From the human T2T-CHM13v2.0 reference genome, Homo sapiens: a stretch of DNA of 64,000 nucleotides. How positions within the stretch are numbered: position 1 is the stretch's first letter; each line of letters opens with the position of its first letter. The stretch lies in NCBI RefSeq assembly GCF_009914755.1, contig NC_060944.1; one strand, given 5' to 3'. This document shows, piece by piece, positions 42,533 to 56,316 of the stretch. The translations under genes were made by a program, and so were the position numbers. A model generated the notes under the pieces. It was not told where the DNA came from and made no database searches. It saw nothing but the letters and a program-made list of their open reading frames with translations.

Positions 42533-44279
42533 CAGTAGACCACAGATCCTGAGAACATAAACCAGTAGTGCTACCAAAGTTTGCACAAGAAAAGAGGAAT
42601 TTTAAGTGGTGTTAATAGATACTTTGCACAGAAGTGAAATGCTGAACTAAACACAGTTAGACACTTTTCTTTACCATGACATTCTCAGAACCCAGAGTAT
42701 CCTGATATAGATTGTGAATCCCCTAAAGGGAGTTATAGTGGAATCTTTTTTTTTCTTTCTTAGTATTTTTTATAAGAACCAAGGGAGGAATTAATATTGC
42801 TTGGAACTTTGGAGACACATCATGGTGGGCAGTGACAAGGCAGAGAAAGCTTTTCATTAGGAGAGGAATGGAGTAGCATGATGAAAGCAGTGCTCTGCGA
42901 ATAATCACGTAGAGGCATGCAGGTTTAGAAGACTGGCCTGGTTAGGGATAGGGACTGCGAAAGAAGGAAATGATTAACTTGGACACCACTGGGGAGGCTC
43001 TGGAGTTTTCCAGAGCAGCTGGAAAGAGAGTTCTGAGCAGCTGGATTAGAATGGTGATTCTGAGAAGTATGGAGGTATGGCTGTTGTAGGAAGAACTAGG
43101 TGCCTATGGATATAGTGCCAGCATATACTGTTTTAACATTGAACTCTGAAGGAGTTCTGTTGTCACTTCAATACAAGCAAACATCTCATGGCCCATGAAC
43201 ATGGTTTCGGAAAGAAATAGTCCTTTGCCAACAGCCTGAGGTTACTGCCTGGTCAGTGGGTGCAGGCTGCTGCACAGGTGTGCACTGTGGAGGAGGAAGT
43301 GGAGTTGACCCCCCCCCGAGGGACACCTTATCCATATGTGGGTGTCATCCTTCAGCACAGCAGGAACACTGGTGAACAGCATAGCCTTTGATTTCCAAAT
43401 CCAGTCTTATCATTTGAGTCCTTTCTGATATCACGCTGTCACCAGGCAAGGCCACCTTTCTGGGTGGCTGCTGTGTTGACTGATTTTGATACTGCAATAC
43501 CTGTGTCTGTGATTTTCCAGAGCATAAAAGGAAAGTGGGCATTGTTAACAGTTCCTCATGACTGAGGCTTTTAGTACAATTTTCCATGCTGTAAATAAAT
43601 GATGTTACTCAAAGACAATTAGGTTATATTTGAGAAACTTTCTGATTTGTATCAAAAAGTACCCTCCTGTGCCTCTGGATAGCCAATTGGGCTGGACCTA
43701 TGTTGAATAATTATTCAGTTTGGAAAGTATAACATTTTAGATTTTTTAATAAGAGTAATGTATGCACATGTAATGAGATAGATCAATTCCTGCATCTCCA
43801 CTTAATTTTTTGGAGGCGATCACTATAGCCGTTTCTGTTTTTAATTCTTATGGTGGTCATTGCTGTAATCTAAGTTAAATCTTCAGTCTTCCAGTACTCA
43901 GTTGATCAGTTTTAATATTAGCTATTGACTTACTTAATGAATAAAGATTTATATAAACTACAATCTTGATTTTTTGATACTTACCTTACTATTTATAGTT
44001 CTTTCTGTGGCCCGTGTTAGTTTAAATAGCATTTTTCTGTATCTTATTCCTCTAACATTTGAAGGTCTGTCTTGACTCCTTACCCTGTAAGATGGTGGTA
44101 TTTGCTCCACTATCCTCTCTTGAACTTTCTTCCTTCCACTCCCACTTCTTAACAGTCCTCTTTTACGTTGTCAAGTATCCAAGCATTTTCTTTGTCTTAT
44201 TTTTTCATATCTTACATCATGATAGCTTTCCCATGTCAGTATAGATTGCATTATAAACTGGATTTCAATGGATATATCC

Positions 44280-45280
44280 TGTAGGGGAGAAAAAGCAGTA
44301 TCTTTTCCACACCCATCTCACAGTTCATGGCTGACCCCTATAACAAAGACAGATTAGCAAGAGAAAAACGTAACAAATTTATTTAACCAAACCTTTCTGT
44401 GATACAGGAGTCTTTGGAAATGAATGCCCAAGTATCCAGGGAAAACTGTATTTTTGTGGACAGTTGTGCTCAAGTATGATTGAAGGATGGAAGGGTACGC
44501 TATCATCGTATGTATTAGTCAGGGTTCTCTAGAGGGACAGAACTAACAGGACAGATGTATATATAAAGGGGAGTTTATTAAAGAGTATTGACTCACACAG
44601 TCACAAGATGAAGTCCCACAGTAGGCCATCTGCAAGCTGAGGAGCAAGGAAGCCAGTCTGAGTCTCAAAACCTCAAAAGTAGGGAAGCTGACAGTGCAGT
44701 CTTCAGTCTGTGGCCAAAGGCCTCAGAGCCCCCGGCAAACCACAGTGTCAGTCCAAGAGTCCAAAAGCTGAAGAACTTGGAGTCCAGTGTTCAAGGGCAG
44801 GAAGCATCTAGCACAGGAGAAAGATGAAGGCTGGAAGACTCGCAAGTCTGCTCTTCCATCTTCTCTTGCCTGCTTTATTCTAGCTGCGCTGGCAGCTGAT
44901 TAGATGGTGCCTGCCCAGATTGAGGGTGGGTCTGCCTCTCCCAGTCCACTGACTCAAATGTTAATCTCGTTTGGCAAAACCCTCACAGACACACTGAGGT
45001 ACAATACTTTGCATCCTTCAATCCAGTCAAGTTGACACTCAGTATTAACCATCACATAGTAATAAACTGGGGTGAACTCAGCAAGGCCTATTTGTTCAGA
45101 TTCTTCTTGGTGTCTGTACAGAGGAGTAGCCCTCTGGAATGAGGGTCTTATGACCTACTTTCAGGGGAGGTAGGCCGAAGAATTTTTTTTATGACCATGC
45201 TTCAAGGGAGAGAAATGAGAGAGGATTAGAGAGTGACCTCCAGGTGCCATATTTTGGGGTAGTGTGTTCTGAGCCCAATA
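44280..45280 (-). mobile_element. ERV1 solo LTR (MER39/MER34 group) interrupted by MLT2A
   Basis: tgtaggggagaaaaa...cccctataacaaagacagattagcaagag; ends ggtgccatattttggggtagtgtgttctgagccc. Confidence 0.65.
44511..45056 (-). mobile_element. MLT2A (A2-length, 546 bp) ERVL solo LTR
   Basis: tgtattagtcagggttctctagagggacagaac...caagttgacactcagtattaaccatcaca; TSD tcgta/tagta. Confidence 0.9.
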
Positions 45281-46288
45281 ATGATACCTAGTGTTAAGTA
45301 GGTCTCATAATTTTTGTAACTATATTATTTCTCTCTGCTCACCTTCTGCCCAGTTTTCCCTTTCATTCTCTCTGTAACCATCGTATATTGTAAATAACTT
45401 TACAACTTCAGCCTTCTAGCCTGTGAATTTTCCTAACTATTATTGTGTTATTGTGTTCTGTGCTGTGTCTGAGCTTGATTTTTTCCTGCTATTCCCTGCG
45501 CCAGCTCCAAGCCATGCCCACTTCAGTTCCCTCTGGGCATATTCTGGTCTGTAGCATTCCCTGCCTTGGTCTCTGATTGCACATTTGTCCTTGCTTTTTT
45601 GTCTTTATCTTCTATTCTTGTTTGTTCTTGACCCTTTCTCTTCTCTTTGGTTATCTGTCAGTTCTCTTTGTTATTCCCTTTCATTTGATTGGGGGGTTGG
45701 GAGGATGAGAGGGAAAGGAGAGAGGGGGAGATGAGTAACAAACACAGAAGTTCAGTCCAACAACCCTGGCCACTTAGGTAAACCGTTGTCTGCTCTGATG
45801 GATCATGGTACACACCAGAACTTTGTTACTGCATTTCCTGGTGGTAGCAGAGATCTCAATTGTTTGATTTGCAGAAATCCTATCTAATACATTGAATCAG
45901 TCATATTTCTTCTTCAATTCTCTGTCTCCAATGGTTTAGAAGGAAAGATAAGACCTATGGAAGGAATATTTAGGCTCAGTTTTCTTTGAAATGTATGCAA
46001 AACTGGAAGTAAATGAAAAATTAATTTGTGGTGGGTTTAGGTTTATTGCTTAACTACAAAGGAAATGCTTACTTGAATGAAGGCTTCTCTGATTTCTTTG
46101 TTACCAGTAATGATTTTATGGCTGGGGTAAATACTGTTACCTTTCTCCCCTTTCTCTATTTATCTTGCCCATTTACACACCTCCCTTGTACTTCCTGCTG
46201 TCAGAGAAGCTGAAATCAGCAAATCTGTCTGTAGATCATTTTCTTTTATTCCTCTGATGGCAAAATGGTAACAACAGAGGCATGCATG

Positions 46289-46291
<3 letters not shown>

Positions 46292-46321
<30 letters not shown>
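46292..46321. repeat. (CA)n microsatellite
   Basis: Directly visible. Confidence 0.95.
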
Positions 46322-46325
<4 letters not shown>

Positions 46326-46664
46326 TCACTCCAAACCACACAAGAGAAACCAATGAACCAAAAGCAGAATGGGAAACAAAATTGGCAAAGCATAAAAGAA
46401 AAGGAAATGAAAGAAATGTGATAATTGTTGACCAACACTGAATATAATTTTCCAAGTCAGGATACTTGTGTGATGAATCACCAGATGCATTCAAGATTAT
46501 GTCTAGAGTAGCAATGGAAATAGGAGGCTTTAAGCCAAGGGTATAACCTGCAGGAGCCAAAATAAGGAGAGCTCCTTCCCTAGAGAGCAGGTCATGGGAA
46601 GGCAGGCAGGAGCCTTGACAAAGTCAGTAGAATCAGAGAATGGAGCTGAAGCATGACCAGAATG

Positions 46665-47135
46665 TCAGCATAATCAACTCTCCAGAACCTTGGTTTATGA
46701 CAATAAACATTTATTTTTGGTCACAAATTAATGGGTCAGCTAGGCTTTTTTTGCTGGTTTGGATTAGGCTCATTTGGGCTTACTCATGCATCTGTGGTCA
46801 GCTAGTGGGTCAGTTGGGGGCTGGCCAATTTTGGATCACCTCTGTTGGGACAACTCAGCTCTGTTCCATGTGGCCTCTCAGCCTCTATCAGGTTAGCCTG
46901 GGCTTGTTTGAGGCATCTGAACAAGGTTCCAAGAGAAGGAGCAGAAGCATGCAAGGCCTTGGGAAGTCTACATTTGGAACTGCAGGTGCAGGTGCTGTTT
47001 TCTCATTCTGTTGGCCAAAACAAGTCCCAAGGTGAACCGTAGAGTCAGAATGGGAAGAGATGTCAAAGTTACAGGACAAAGGCCAAGCATACAGGGAGGT
47101 TATTAAATGGAGGCATCAAAGCAGTCTGCCGCAAG
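46665..47135 (-). mobile_element. MLT1G/H-type LTR
   Basis: tactcatgcatctgtggtcagc...attctgttggccaaaacaagtcccaagg. Confidence 0.65.
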
Positions 47136-47619
47136 CTGGGCAGTTATTGAGTCAGATTCATGGGTATGGTAGACTCCCCAGTGCTCGCAGAGTGGAGGAA
47201 GTTCAGAGAATAAAACAGAAAGAGTCATTATGAAGAGATCAGCTTTAAAGAAGGGGATTTGGGATAGAAAACCTCACAGGCTCCTTCCTAATAACAAGGG
47301 GCAAGTTCCTTCAGGGCAAATGAAAACAAAGGGATGGCTCCTTTGTCCCTTGACAAGCTTGCCTCAGGGTGATAATTCATGTGAGCAATAAAGGGGACCA
47401 TTTCATCTGGGGGAATCTAACCAATATAAGCAATGGCTGGACCTTCTTAAATTTAGGCATTTTCTGATTTACTAATAGGGTTGAGATAAGGGGCCCTGAA
47501 TGTCCAATGGACACAGATGAGACTCTCATGCCCTTCTCTTGGCTTAGGCTGTTTAGCTGGGGATTTTACAGGATTGGAGGTGCCTCTTTCTTGTGCTTTA
47601 CCCTAAATCAGGGAATTAG

Positions 47620-47810
47620 AGTAGTGGTTTTCAAAGTGTGGACCCTGGATGAGCAGTATCCATGTCACCTGACAACTTGTTAGAAATGCAGATTCTCAGG
47701 CTCACCCCAGACCCATGGAATCAGAAACTGTAGGAGTGGGATCTAGGCATCTGCGAGTTAACAGCCCTCCCCAGGTGATGTTGATGCGTGCTCAATTTGG
47801 AGGCAGCTGA
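47620..47810. mobile_element. MER5A
   Basis: agtggttttcaaagtgtgg...ttgttagaaatgcagattctcaggctcaccccagacc. Confidence 0.85.
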
Positions 47811-47869
47811 ATTAGGGTTCTGTGTGGTATTGATGGGTTCAAAGCCCATCAAAGAAGTGGAATGGATAG

Positions 47870-48056
47870 ATGGATTTAGCAAATAAAAAATACAGGACAT
47901 CCAGCTATATTTGAATTTCAGATCATCAACAAGTAAATTTTTTAGTGTAAGTATGTTCCATGTAATATTTGGGATGTACTTTTAATACTAAAACATTATT
48001 TGTTGTTGATCTGAGAACCAAACATAACCCAATGTTCTGTATTTTACCTGGCAGCC
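47870..48056. mobile_element. MER53 (palindromic hAT MITE)
   Basis: gatttagcaaataaaaaatacaggacatccag...ttctgtattttacctggcagcc. Confidence 0.75.
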
Positions 48057-48604
48057 TTGGAAAGAGGTATAGAAAAACTGCAGAAAGTTCAAAGAACATC
48101 AAGATTGTTAATAGAATAGAAATTCTAGAGAGAAAGGTTAAAGAAATTAACTTGATGAACCCAGAGAGTACAGCACTGGTGGGATTAATAGGTTGGAGGA
48201 TTTTATTTAAAGGGAATGCTGCTGAGCTGTTCTTCATGAATGCCCAAATTAATCGAGAAGAAATTTATTTTAGAAAAAGGCAAGACTTCCTGCCAATAAA
48301 TGACTTCAGTGGGGGTTCTGAATGATTCTGTGATTCTCAAAGGAGGTCAGATCCATTTGGGATTTCATGGGATTGCATCCAGCCAATACTCCAATTTGTG
48401 TTTGTGAAAGAGCAGTTTAGAGAGGCATTTGCCAACAGGAGGTTGGAGCAGGTGATTTCTCAAGGCTCTTGATGACTTCTCTGTTTGAAGCTGCAATTTT
48501 TTGCATCCTTCTTTTTTGAAAAGCGCATAGCCTTTTGATTATTTTTCAAATCCGAATGTATCTGGAAGTTTGGTTTTTTAAAACGTGGATATAAAGGGGA
48601 GGCA

Positions 48605-48850
48605 GCAAAGCAGAGGTGTTAATAGGATGCTTTAAAACCAGACCGCATGGATTCAAATCCCAGCTGTGCCACTTCCTAGCCTCCTGCAACCTTTGGTTAG
48701 TTTGTGCCTCAAATTTCTCATCTGTAAAATGGGAATTATTGTGAACTACTCATTATTATCTCATAGGTAACTGTGAGGTTTAATTGAGCTTATTCATGTA
48801 AAATATAAGAATTGTGCCTAGAACATGGTTAGCCTTCATGAAAAGTTATT
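48605..48850 (+). mobile_element. MIR
   Basis: ggattcaaatcccagctgtgccacttcctagc...tgtgcctcaaatttctcatctgtaaaatggg. Confidence 0.8.
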
Positions 48851-50233
48851 TTATATTATTAAGGACTAGAGTCTCTTTGTATATCCTGGACATTCAGAGG
48901 TTGTTATGGCCAGAAGCCATTGGTGAATGGTCAGTCCTATGACATGTATGGTAGAAGCATTGTCCCTTGTGAGCAGTAATGTCCTGTCCCTCTCCCTGAT
49001 CCCTAATCTTGAGGTGTTGGTTAAGCTTAGAGTGATGTTATTCTATGGTCGTATTGCTGCATCCTAATCATGAATCATTTCTCTTTCTCTACTCAGATGA
49101 ACTTTCCCACATTTTCTAGAAACCCCCAAGATAATTGGGTTTCATTTCCCATTGCATGTTGAATTCAATTAAAAAGCTGTAAGAGAATACCATATAATGT
49201 GGCTGAGAATATAATGACATTTCCAAAATATTTTTTAAGGAACTTGAACTCTAAATCAATTTAGTTCTGCTAGTAAGGACAGAGATTTAGTCATGGAAAA
49301 ATATTAATCTGATGACTAGTTTTTATCAAAATTAAGGATCAATTATGACTAGTTACTTTCAGAAACTTAGTTTTGGAGATGAAAACAAGTGATTTGTTTT
49401 CTGAACTCCTGCAGGGAACAAAAAAAAGGTAATATTGGCCCCATACAATACATAATTTCTGTCTACGTGTGATTGAAGTGTCAAATGATAAATCCCAATC
49501 CCCTGTTAGAAACAACAGTTTAGTCAGTCTGTTCAGGACTTTACTGTATGTACTTGATGATCAGTTAAGTAAAGAGTGTTTAGGTGGACTTTTTTTGTTG
49601 TTTTGCTGAAAAGTTTAAGTTTGTTCTTTAAATGAAGTTCCCTTTTGAATTTGCAATAAATAGTAGGCACCCAATTTTGCAGTGCTTGAATTCTGATAGT
49701 AAATAGTGATGGTTGTTATTTTTCTTTTATTAAAGAAAATGCAGTATAATGCCTACATCATGGCTTAAAATATTAAGTATTTAGTCTTCTTCTTGAGTCT
49801 GTGAACGCTGGGCAGTTCTGAGCAAGTGGACCAGGCTTGACTGATCTCAGCTATGCTCATGTGTATGTCTGTCAGCTGACATGTTGGCTGGTGGCTGTCT
49901 GGGCAAGAGCAGCCTTCTCCTTCACACCTCTGGGAGTTGGCCAGTTGTAGGTTGAGGATGGGACAACTGTGCCATGTGCCGCTTATCATCCAGAAGGCTA
50001 GCCCAGCCTGTTCATATGGTGGAGGCAGGAGTTCAGGAGTTCAAGAGAGACAGAGAAAGAGACTGGAAGTAGGCAAAGTCTCTTGAGAGCTAAACTGGGA
50101 ATTGGCACCAAGTCACTTCTGCTGCATTCTGTTGGCCAAAGGAAGTCCCAAGGTCAGTCCAGAATTTTGGGGAGTGAGGAAATAGATTCCACTTCTTGAT
50201 GGGAAGAACCACAGTATCACAAGACAAAGGTGT

Positions 50234-50901
50234 TTGGGGGTAGGCCAAAAAAGGGCTCACAAAATCCATGTCAAATCCCTGGAATCTGTGAATGTTACCT
50301 TCTATGGCAAAAGATGTGATTAAGTTAAGGATTTTGAGGGGAAGAGTTTATCCTGGATAAACAGATAGGCCCTGCCCTAAATTTAGTCACATGCATCTCT
50401 ACAAAAGAGAGGCAGAAGAAGTCTGAGTGAGACCCACAAAGAGGAGAGGGTGATATTAAGATGGAGGCAGAGATAGGACTGAAGCAACCTCAAGCCAAGG
50501 AATGCTTCCACCAGCAGAAGTTGGAAGAGGCAAGAAATGGAGTCTCCCCCTAGAACCTCTGTAGGGAGTATGGCCATGCCAGCACCTTGGTTTTGTACTT
50601 TTGGTCTACAGAACCAAGAGGCAATAAATATCTGGTGGGTTTTTTTTTTTTCCAGCCTCCCGAGTAGCTGGGACTCCAGGCACATGCCACATGTCCTGCT
50701 AATTTTTGTATTTTTAGTAAAGACAGGGTTTCACTATATTGGCCAGGCTGGTCTCGAACTCATGACCTCGTGATCCATCCGCCTCAGCCTCCCAAAGTGC
50801 TAGGATTACAGGTGTGAGCCACAGCACACGGCCAATATCTGCTGTTTTTAAGCTGTCTAGTTGGTGGTAATTTGTTAAAGCAGCCCGAGAAAACTGATAC
50901 A
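50234..50901 (+). mobile_element. MLT1B/C LTR nested in the older MLT1
   Basis: aatccctggaatctgtgaatgttacc...ttgttaaagcagcccgagaaaactgataca; TSD ggtgt at 50229-50233 and 50902-50906. Confidence 0.8.
50640..50833 (-). mobile_element. AluS lacking most of the right arm
   Basis: Poly-T joined directly to ccagcctcccgagtagctggg; TSD aatatctg. Confidence 0.88.
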
Positions 50902-51212
50902 GGTGTGGATACAGGGAGGGATAAAGAATTGAAGACATTTTTGCAACAATCTACATATACCATAAACTTAGATAATTTTATATAGCTCTTTTTCACTTAA
51001 TATGACAAAACATTTATTCATGTTATTACAGTACTGTTAAACACTATTTTGAATAATTGTATAATACATACTATATACTGAGTTGATCTAGCTGAACATT
51101 TTATTGTTATTGACAATTCCTTCCATTTTTCTGATGAAGCCCTGTGCATAAAAAAACATAATCTCTATGCTCTGAATCACCATTCAGTTTCTCCCTTACC
51201 ACTATACATACC

Positions 51213-51254
51213 TTCAATGGCAAAAACCACAATTACTTTTGCACCAACCTAATA
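51213..51254. mobile_element. Half MADE1 (Hsmar1 TIR)
   Basis: aatggcaaaaaccacaattacttttgcaccaacctaa|TA. Confidence 0.85.
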
Positions 51255-51714
51255 GTTCTGGGAATTGTTATAACCGCCCTGTGAATGGTCTCACTCTCCC
51301 TCCAGCAGATGTACAAACCCAGCTATACCAGATTTGTTTTCTGATGAAAAACACAGTTCAAGTTAGCTAAAAACTTTCAAAGTTTGCTTTCAAATATTAG
51401 TTCTTTAATCCAACACTTAATACTCCTGTGGTAATGTTGTCTAAGTACAATTGTCATATAGCACTTTTTTTTTTTGGTAAGGCTTTGGCATCTTGAGGAC
51501 AGCACTGCTTTTTTCAACTTTGTGTATCCTAACATCGTCTGCCTTGGTGTTTTGGAGGTATGGGTCACTCTGCTATCTGCTGCATGATGAGTGAATAAAG
51601 GAGTTAAAAAAGGGAAACATACTTATAATTGTCTTCTCTTGTCATATATGATCCCAGTTATTCAATATGACTGGATTTGAACTCGACTGGGTAAATTGCC
51701 TTGTTTTAGTTGCT

Positions 51715-52190
51715 TAGGGGAGTCTTAATATTTTCATACCATTGACCCATTTGGCATCTGGAGAAGCCTTCTCAGAATAGTGTTTATTAATACCTAGAAC
51801 AAAACATATAGGATTACCAAAGAAATCAGTTGTATTGCACAATAGTTCAAAGTATTATGAATTGCAATATAGTAACTGTGTGCATCTTTATATTAATACA
51901 TAAAATAATATATAGCATTAGGCCTCTTAGTTACTATTATTTCAAAGTAGTGATGACAGTACCCAGCATATTAAGATACTTCAACATCATAATGTGATAT
52001 TAAGATATCTGTGTTTTTTATTGGTGGCAGAATCACAGATCTTTTTAGTACTACTGTAGTTTGTTGCCAATGCCCATAATTGAAGAAAACTCTGCATTTT
52101 AATGAGAGGTAGTATAAATGAAATTGTAACTTTGTTTTCATTTTAGTTCATGAATTACCTGAATTCTGTAGACCGCAGGTTGAGCACCTG
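51715..52190. mobile_element. hAT-Charlie element (Charlie4a-like)
   Basis: gacccatttggcatctggagaagccttctcagaata...atataggattaccaaagaaatcag; ends caggttgagcacctg. Confidence 0.55.
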
Positions 52191-54113
52191 AAAAGCTTTT
52201 TTAGAAATAGCTCTAGCCTCTGTTTTCCCCAGTTGTCATCACATAAGTTTGATTAAATATTTTGAGTAGTTTATGAAGTTATGGGTAGGCAAGACATTTC
52301 TGAACACTTGCATGTATAACATAGCACCTAAGATATTGTAGACATTATGTAAACTCTTTTTGAATAAAAATACAACCCTCTTCAAGTGCAGATGGAAAAT
52401 AAAAACTCACTCACTTGGACACATTTCTGTTACTAACCTTCCTGGGTAGTTGTTTTGTTAAGTTTAGTTGTTTAGTTGAATCCTTTCCCTGTTGGTACTA
52501 AATTGATAAGTTGCTTGCATATAGTGTAGTCTATGAATAATTCTCTTTGATTTTTATTTGTTGAGTTTGTTCCCACTTCCAAAGGGGCTTGAGGTAGATT
52601 GGGTTCTGAAACAAAGTGCAGAATAGAGCAATTATGTAAACATAGATTTCCTGGAGGTCCTGAGGAGGCAGGTGCTCCAGGCACCTGGTGATCTGATTTC
52701 CACTCTTGGGCATTGCACTCTGGTCTGATTTCTGTAGGTGGAGATAAAATGGGAAACATTTAATGCAGCCTCCATTTCCTCTCAATAGAAATTATACAAA
52801 AATATTTTTTATTTCTTAAAAAACATTTTTCTTTCAAATTTAAATAGCCTGTAATACCTTTCTTCATTTTACAAAGCCCCGACTTACAGCAGCATAATAT
52901 TTATTAATAGAGTTAAGCAGAATCAATGCATGTGTCCTGTCACACTGAGAACTGTAGTATTGTGGACAATGTTTCTAATGTATTGTGATCGGTTAGCTCT
53001 CATGAGAATAAGATGAATGTTTATATTACATATATATTATATATCTCCATCTATACCCATTACTATATCTGTGTATATATATGTATATATACGTATATAC
53101 ACATAACATCGAAAGTATGTGTATGTGTGTTTATCCATGTACTGTGATTAATACTCATGTACAATGATGTTCACTTGAACGCCAGCATTTTTTTATGTGG
53201 TTGATCTTTGCATTTTTCTGTCTTCAGGCCATCTAAATCCTCTGACTTTGAGGTTTTTTGATTTGGTTGAAACTAATACCAAAATTGGAAATCTTTTATT
53301 ACACCAGGTTAACTCAAAGAGTTTCTTAATATGGGATAAAGGGATAGTTTGTAAGATTAGGAATAAATGTGATAATCACTTGAAGTTCCTGGAGCATACA
53401 TAGTGTTTTGATTATTAATTTTGGCATCGCTTAAACATGTTAGAAATAAAAAGGGCCAGCAGCCTTTTGTGTCAGATTAACTTAGTAAAAATTACATAAA
53501 GAGTTTGCATTATTTATTTCTGTTTTCTGTTTCATTGAGTGGAAAATTTAAATCTGACCTACTGACTCTTTTAACACACTGAGAACTATGTATTTATTTC
53601 TAATTTATTGAGTGTCAGAAATATGTCTTCAAATTCCCTAAGGCTCAACTTCAAGGCAGGTTCCTTTATGAGGTTTTCTCTCATCCCCTGCATTAATTTC
53701 CTATTGTTGCTCTAGAAAATCCTCACAAATTTAGTGACTTAAAACAACACAAGTTTATTTTCTTATAATTCTGGAAGTCAGAAGTCCAAAATCACTGGGC
53801 TAAAATCAAGGGCTAAAATCAAGGGGCTGGCAGAGCTGCTTTCCTTTCTGGGGGCTCCTGAGGGGGACCCTTTCCTTCCATTTCCAGCTTCTAGCAGTTG
53901 CCTGCTTTCCTTGGCGTGTAGCTCCCTTCTATCTTCAAAACCATCAAGTCTTTCTTACAATGTCATCTCTCTGTTTCTTACTCTTACTCTTCCTTTCCCC
54001 CTGTTTAAGGACTTTTGTACCTTTGTGATTCCATTGAGTCCACGTGGATAATCTGGGATAATCTCTTTATTTTAAGGTCAGTTGATTCAGTTGATTAGCA
54101 TTTTAATGCCAGC

Positions 54114-54222
54114 TTTTTTTTTTAATTTTATTATTATTATACTTTAAGTTTTAGGGTACATGTGCACAACACGCAGGTTTGTTACGTATGTATACATGTG
54201 CCATGTTGGTGTGCTGCACCCA
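54114..54222 (-). mobile_element. Young-type L1PA extreme 3' end (~100 bp)
   Basis: ttattatactttaagttttagggtacatgtgcacaac...gtatacatgtgccatgttggtgtgctgcaccca. Confidence 0.9.
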
Positions 54223-54506
<284 letters not shown>

Positions 54507-54624
54507 TCTTAATGCCATTTTTCATCTTAATTCTCCTTTGTGATATAACCTAACATAGTCACAGGCTCTGGGCATTAGGAAATGGCTGTCTTTAGGGAGG
54601 TATCATTCTGCCTATCACATCCCC

Positions 54625-54830
54625 TAAACCAGAAATGATCTATGTGTCTTTCATAAGGTGTTAGGGAAACACTATCTCAACGTGCTATTATTCACGTGCA
54701 TGCTTTATCTCTCCTTTATAATTTAACCTATGGGAAAGACAGGACCCTGTCTATATTATATTTATGTTCTCCTCAGTATATAGCAACACTGAAAGAACCA
54801 GGTAAATATTTTTTGAGCAAATGAATGATT
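54625..54830 (+). mobile_element. L2 3' end (continuation of 53620-53688)
   Basis: gggaaagacaggaccctgtct...gtaaatattttttgagcaaatgaatga. Confidence 0.6.
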
Positions 54831-56151
54831 CTGTATCCAAGGAATGCATTAGTTATAAGGGAGAGAGGTCAGCTATAGAAAGAGAGAAAAAGAAAAAAGG
54901 CAGAAATTGACAGACTATTATCAGCACTACTCATAAGAGAATAGTGTCTTCATATGCACCATTGCCTCTAAGCAGCAAATAATTTAACTTGTTAAAGTTA
55001 TGATCCACTTAAGAGTTATCCTATTCTGTCTCACTATAAATCAGTATTTTGGCACAAAAAAATCCTTCAGCCTTGTGTTGGCTTACTAAGAATAAGTTCC
55101 TTGAAGCCTTGCAAGCTCTGGGCATCCTACCTTTATGAAAGTGACGGACACACTCTGTGATGGATGCCCTGTGCAGAGAGACCTATTGGGTAGCCAGCCT
55201 GCACCTGTCAGGTGGTACCCACAAACCTTCCTTAAACTCTGTGAGCTTTACAGCATTAAAACACTTCTAAACACATGCAGCTTTTCTATGAAGCACTCTT
55301 AAGAACAAAGGACAGTGAATGAATTCCCCTAAGATGTTCAGAAAGCCAAGATTTCCCCCAAGTATTACCTTAAGACTGCATATGAGTTATATATTTTACT
55401 CCCATGATGCATTTGTATAGTTCTAAATACATAAAAATTGTTTGTTTGTTACACATCCAGGAAGTGTCCTTTTGAGATGTGTGAGCACATATTCTTACCA
55501 TAGTTCTGTAACGTAGGCAGGCATTATTTGCCTGTCTTGCAGGTGAGGGATTCAACTCACAGAATGGAAGTGGCATGCCCATCATCACATATCTGGTATG
55601 TGATGTGTGCAACACAGTGAGTAATGAATCTAGATTACTTCACCTCAAACTCCATGCTTATTACACATTTAGTACCTCACAAACTACATCTCATGTGGCA
55701 TCATGATTTGTAGGCCATCAGGTGTTCTGTTAACTTATGAACTGAATAATGCAGCATTTTCTAAAATGTGTTCCATGTCACATTACTCCAGTAATATTCT
55801 CTGTGAAGAGTTTTGTAATCAACAATACTTTCAGAATTAAAGAGTGTGTTAGTATAGTAGTGACTATGCATGTCCAACAGAGAAATGTGTTTTAACTTTG
55901 TTTTTACCCCAGTGTCTTCCAAACTGATATAGCCACAGAACCCTTGCTTTCTGCCCTCTTGCTATTATCTGTTGGGCAAGGGACAAATTTCTAGGTCCTG
56001 GATCCCCAGTTGCTCAGTCATGATTATGCATCCAGCCATGGTGTGCAAATTGAGCTGTTGTTAATGGGCAAAGGTTGGCTTTGCCACCTGGTTTTGTTAG
56101 GAGAGCTTTCAACAGCAAGAACTAGAATACCTAAGTCATTTTGTTTGAGCC

Positions 56152-56316
56152 CTTGCTAATGAAAGTGTGGTCCTCATATCGGCTGCATAGATGTCACCTG
56201 GGAGCTTATTAGAAATTTAGGATTTCAGTCCCCATCCTTGATTTTGTGAAAGGGAATCTGCATTTGAACAAAATCTCCAGGTAATTCATATGTAGTGTAA
56301 CATTTAAAAAGCACTG
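56152..56316. mobile_element. MER5A-like
   Basis: aaagtgtggtcctc...tcacctgggagcttattagaaat...gaatctgcatttgaacaaaatctccagg. Confidence 0.75.

Larger units (their letters stand above)
49755..50955 (-). mobile_element. MLT1G/H-type LTR (host; 49755-50233 + 50902-50955)
   Basis: tcacttctgctgcattctgttggccaaagg...gaaatagattccacttcttgatgggaag; resumes ggtgtggatacagggaggg. Confidence 0.68.

Noticed and set aside
46640-47035. 131-aa ORF
   Set aside because: Lies within an MLT1 LTR.
47870-48056. Long imperfect hairpin suggestive of a pre-miRNA
   Set aside because: Explained by the palindromic MER53 MITE.
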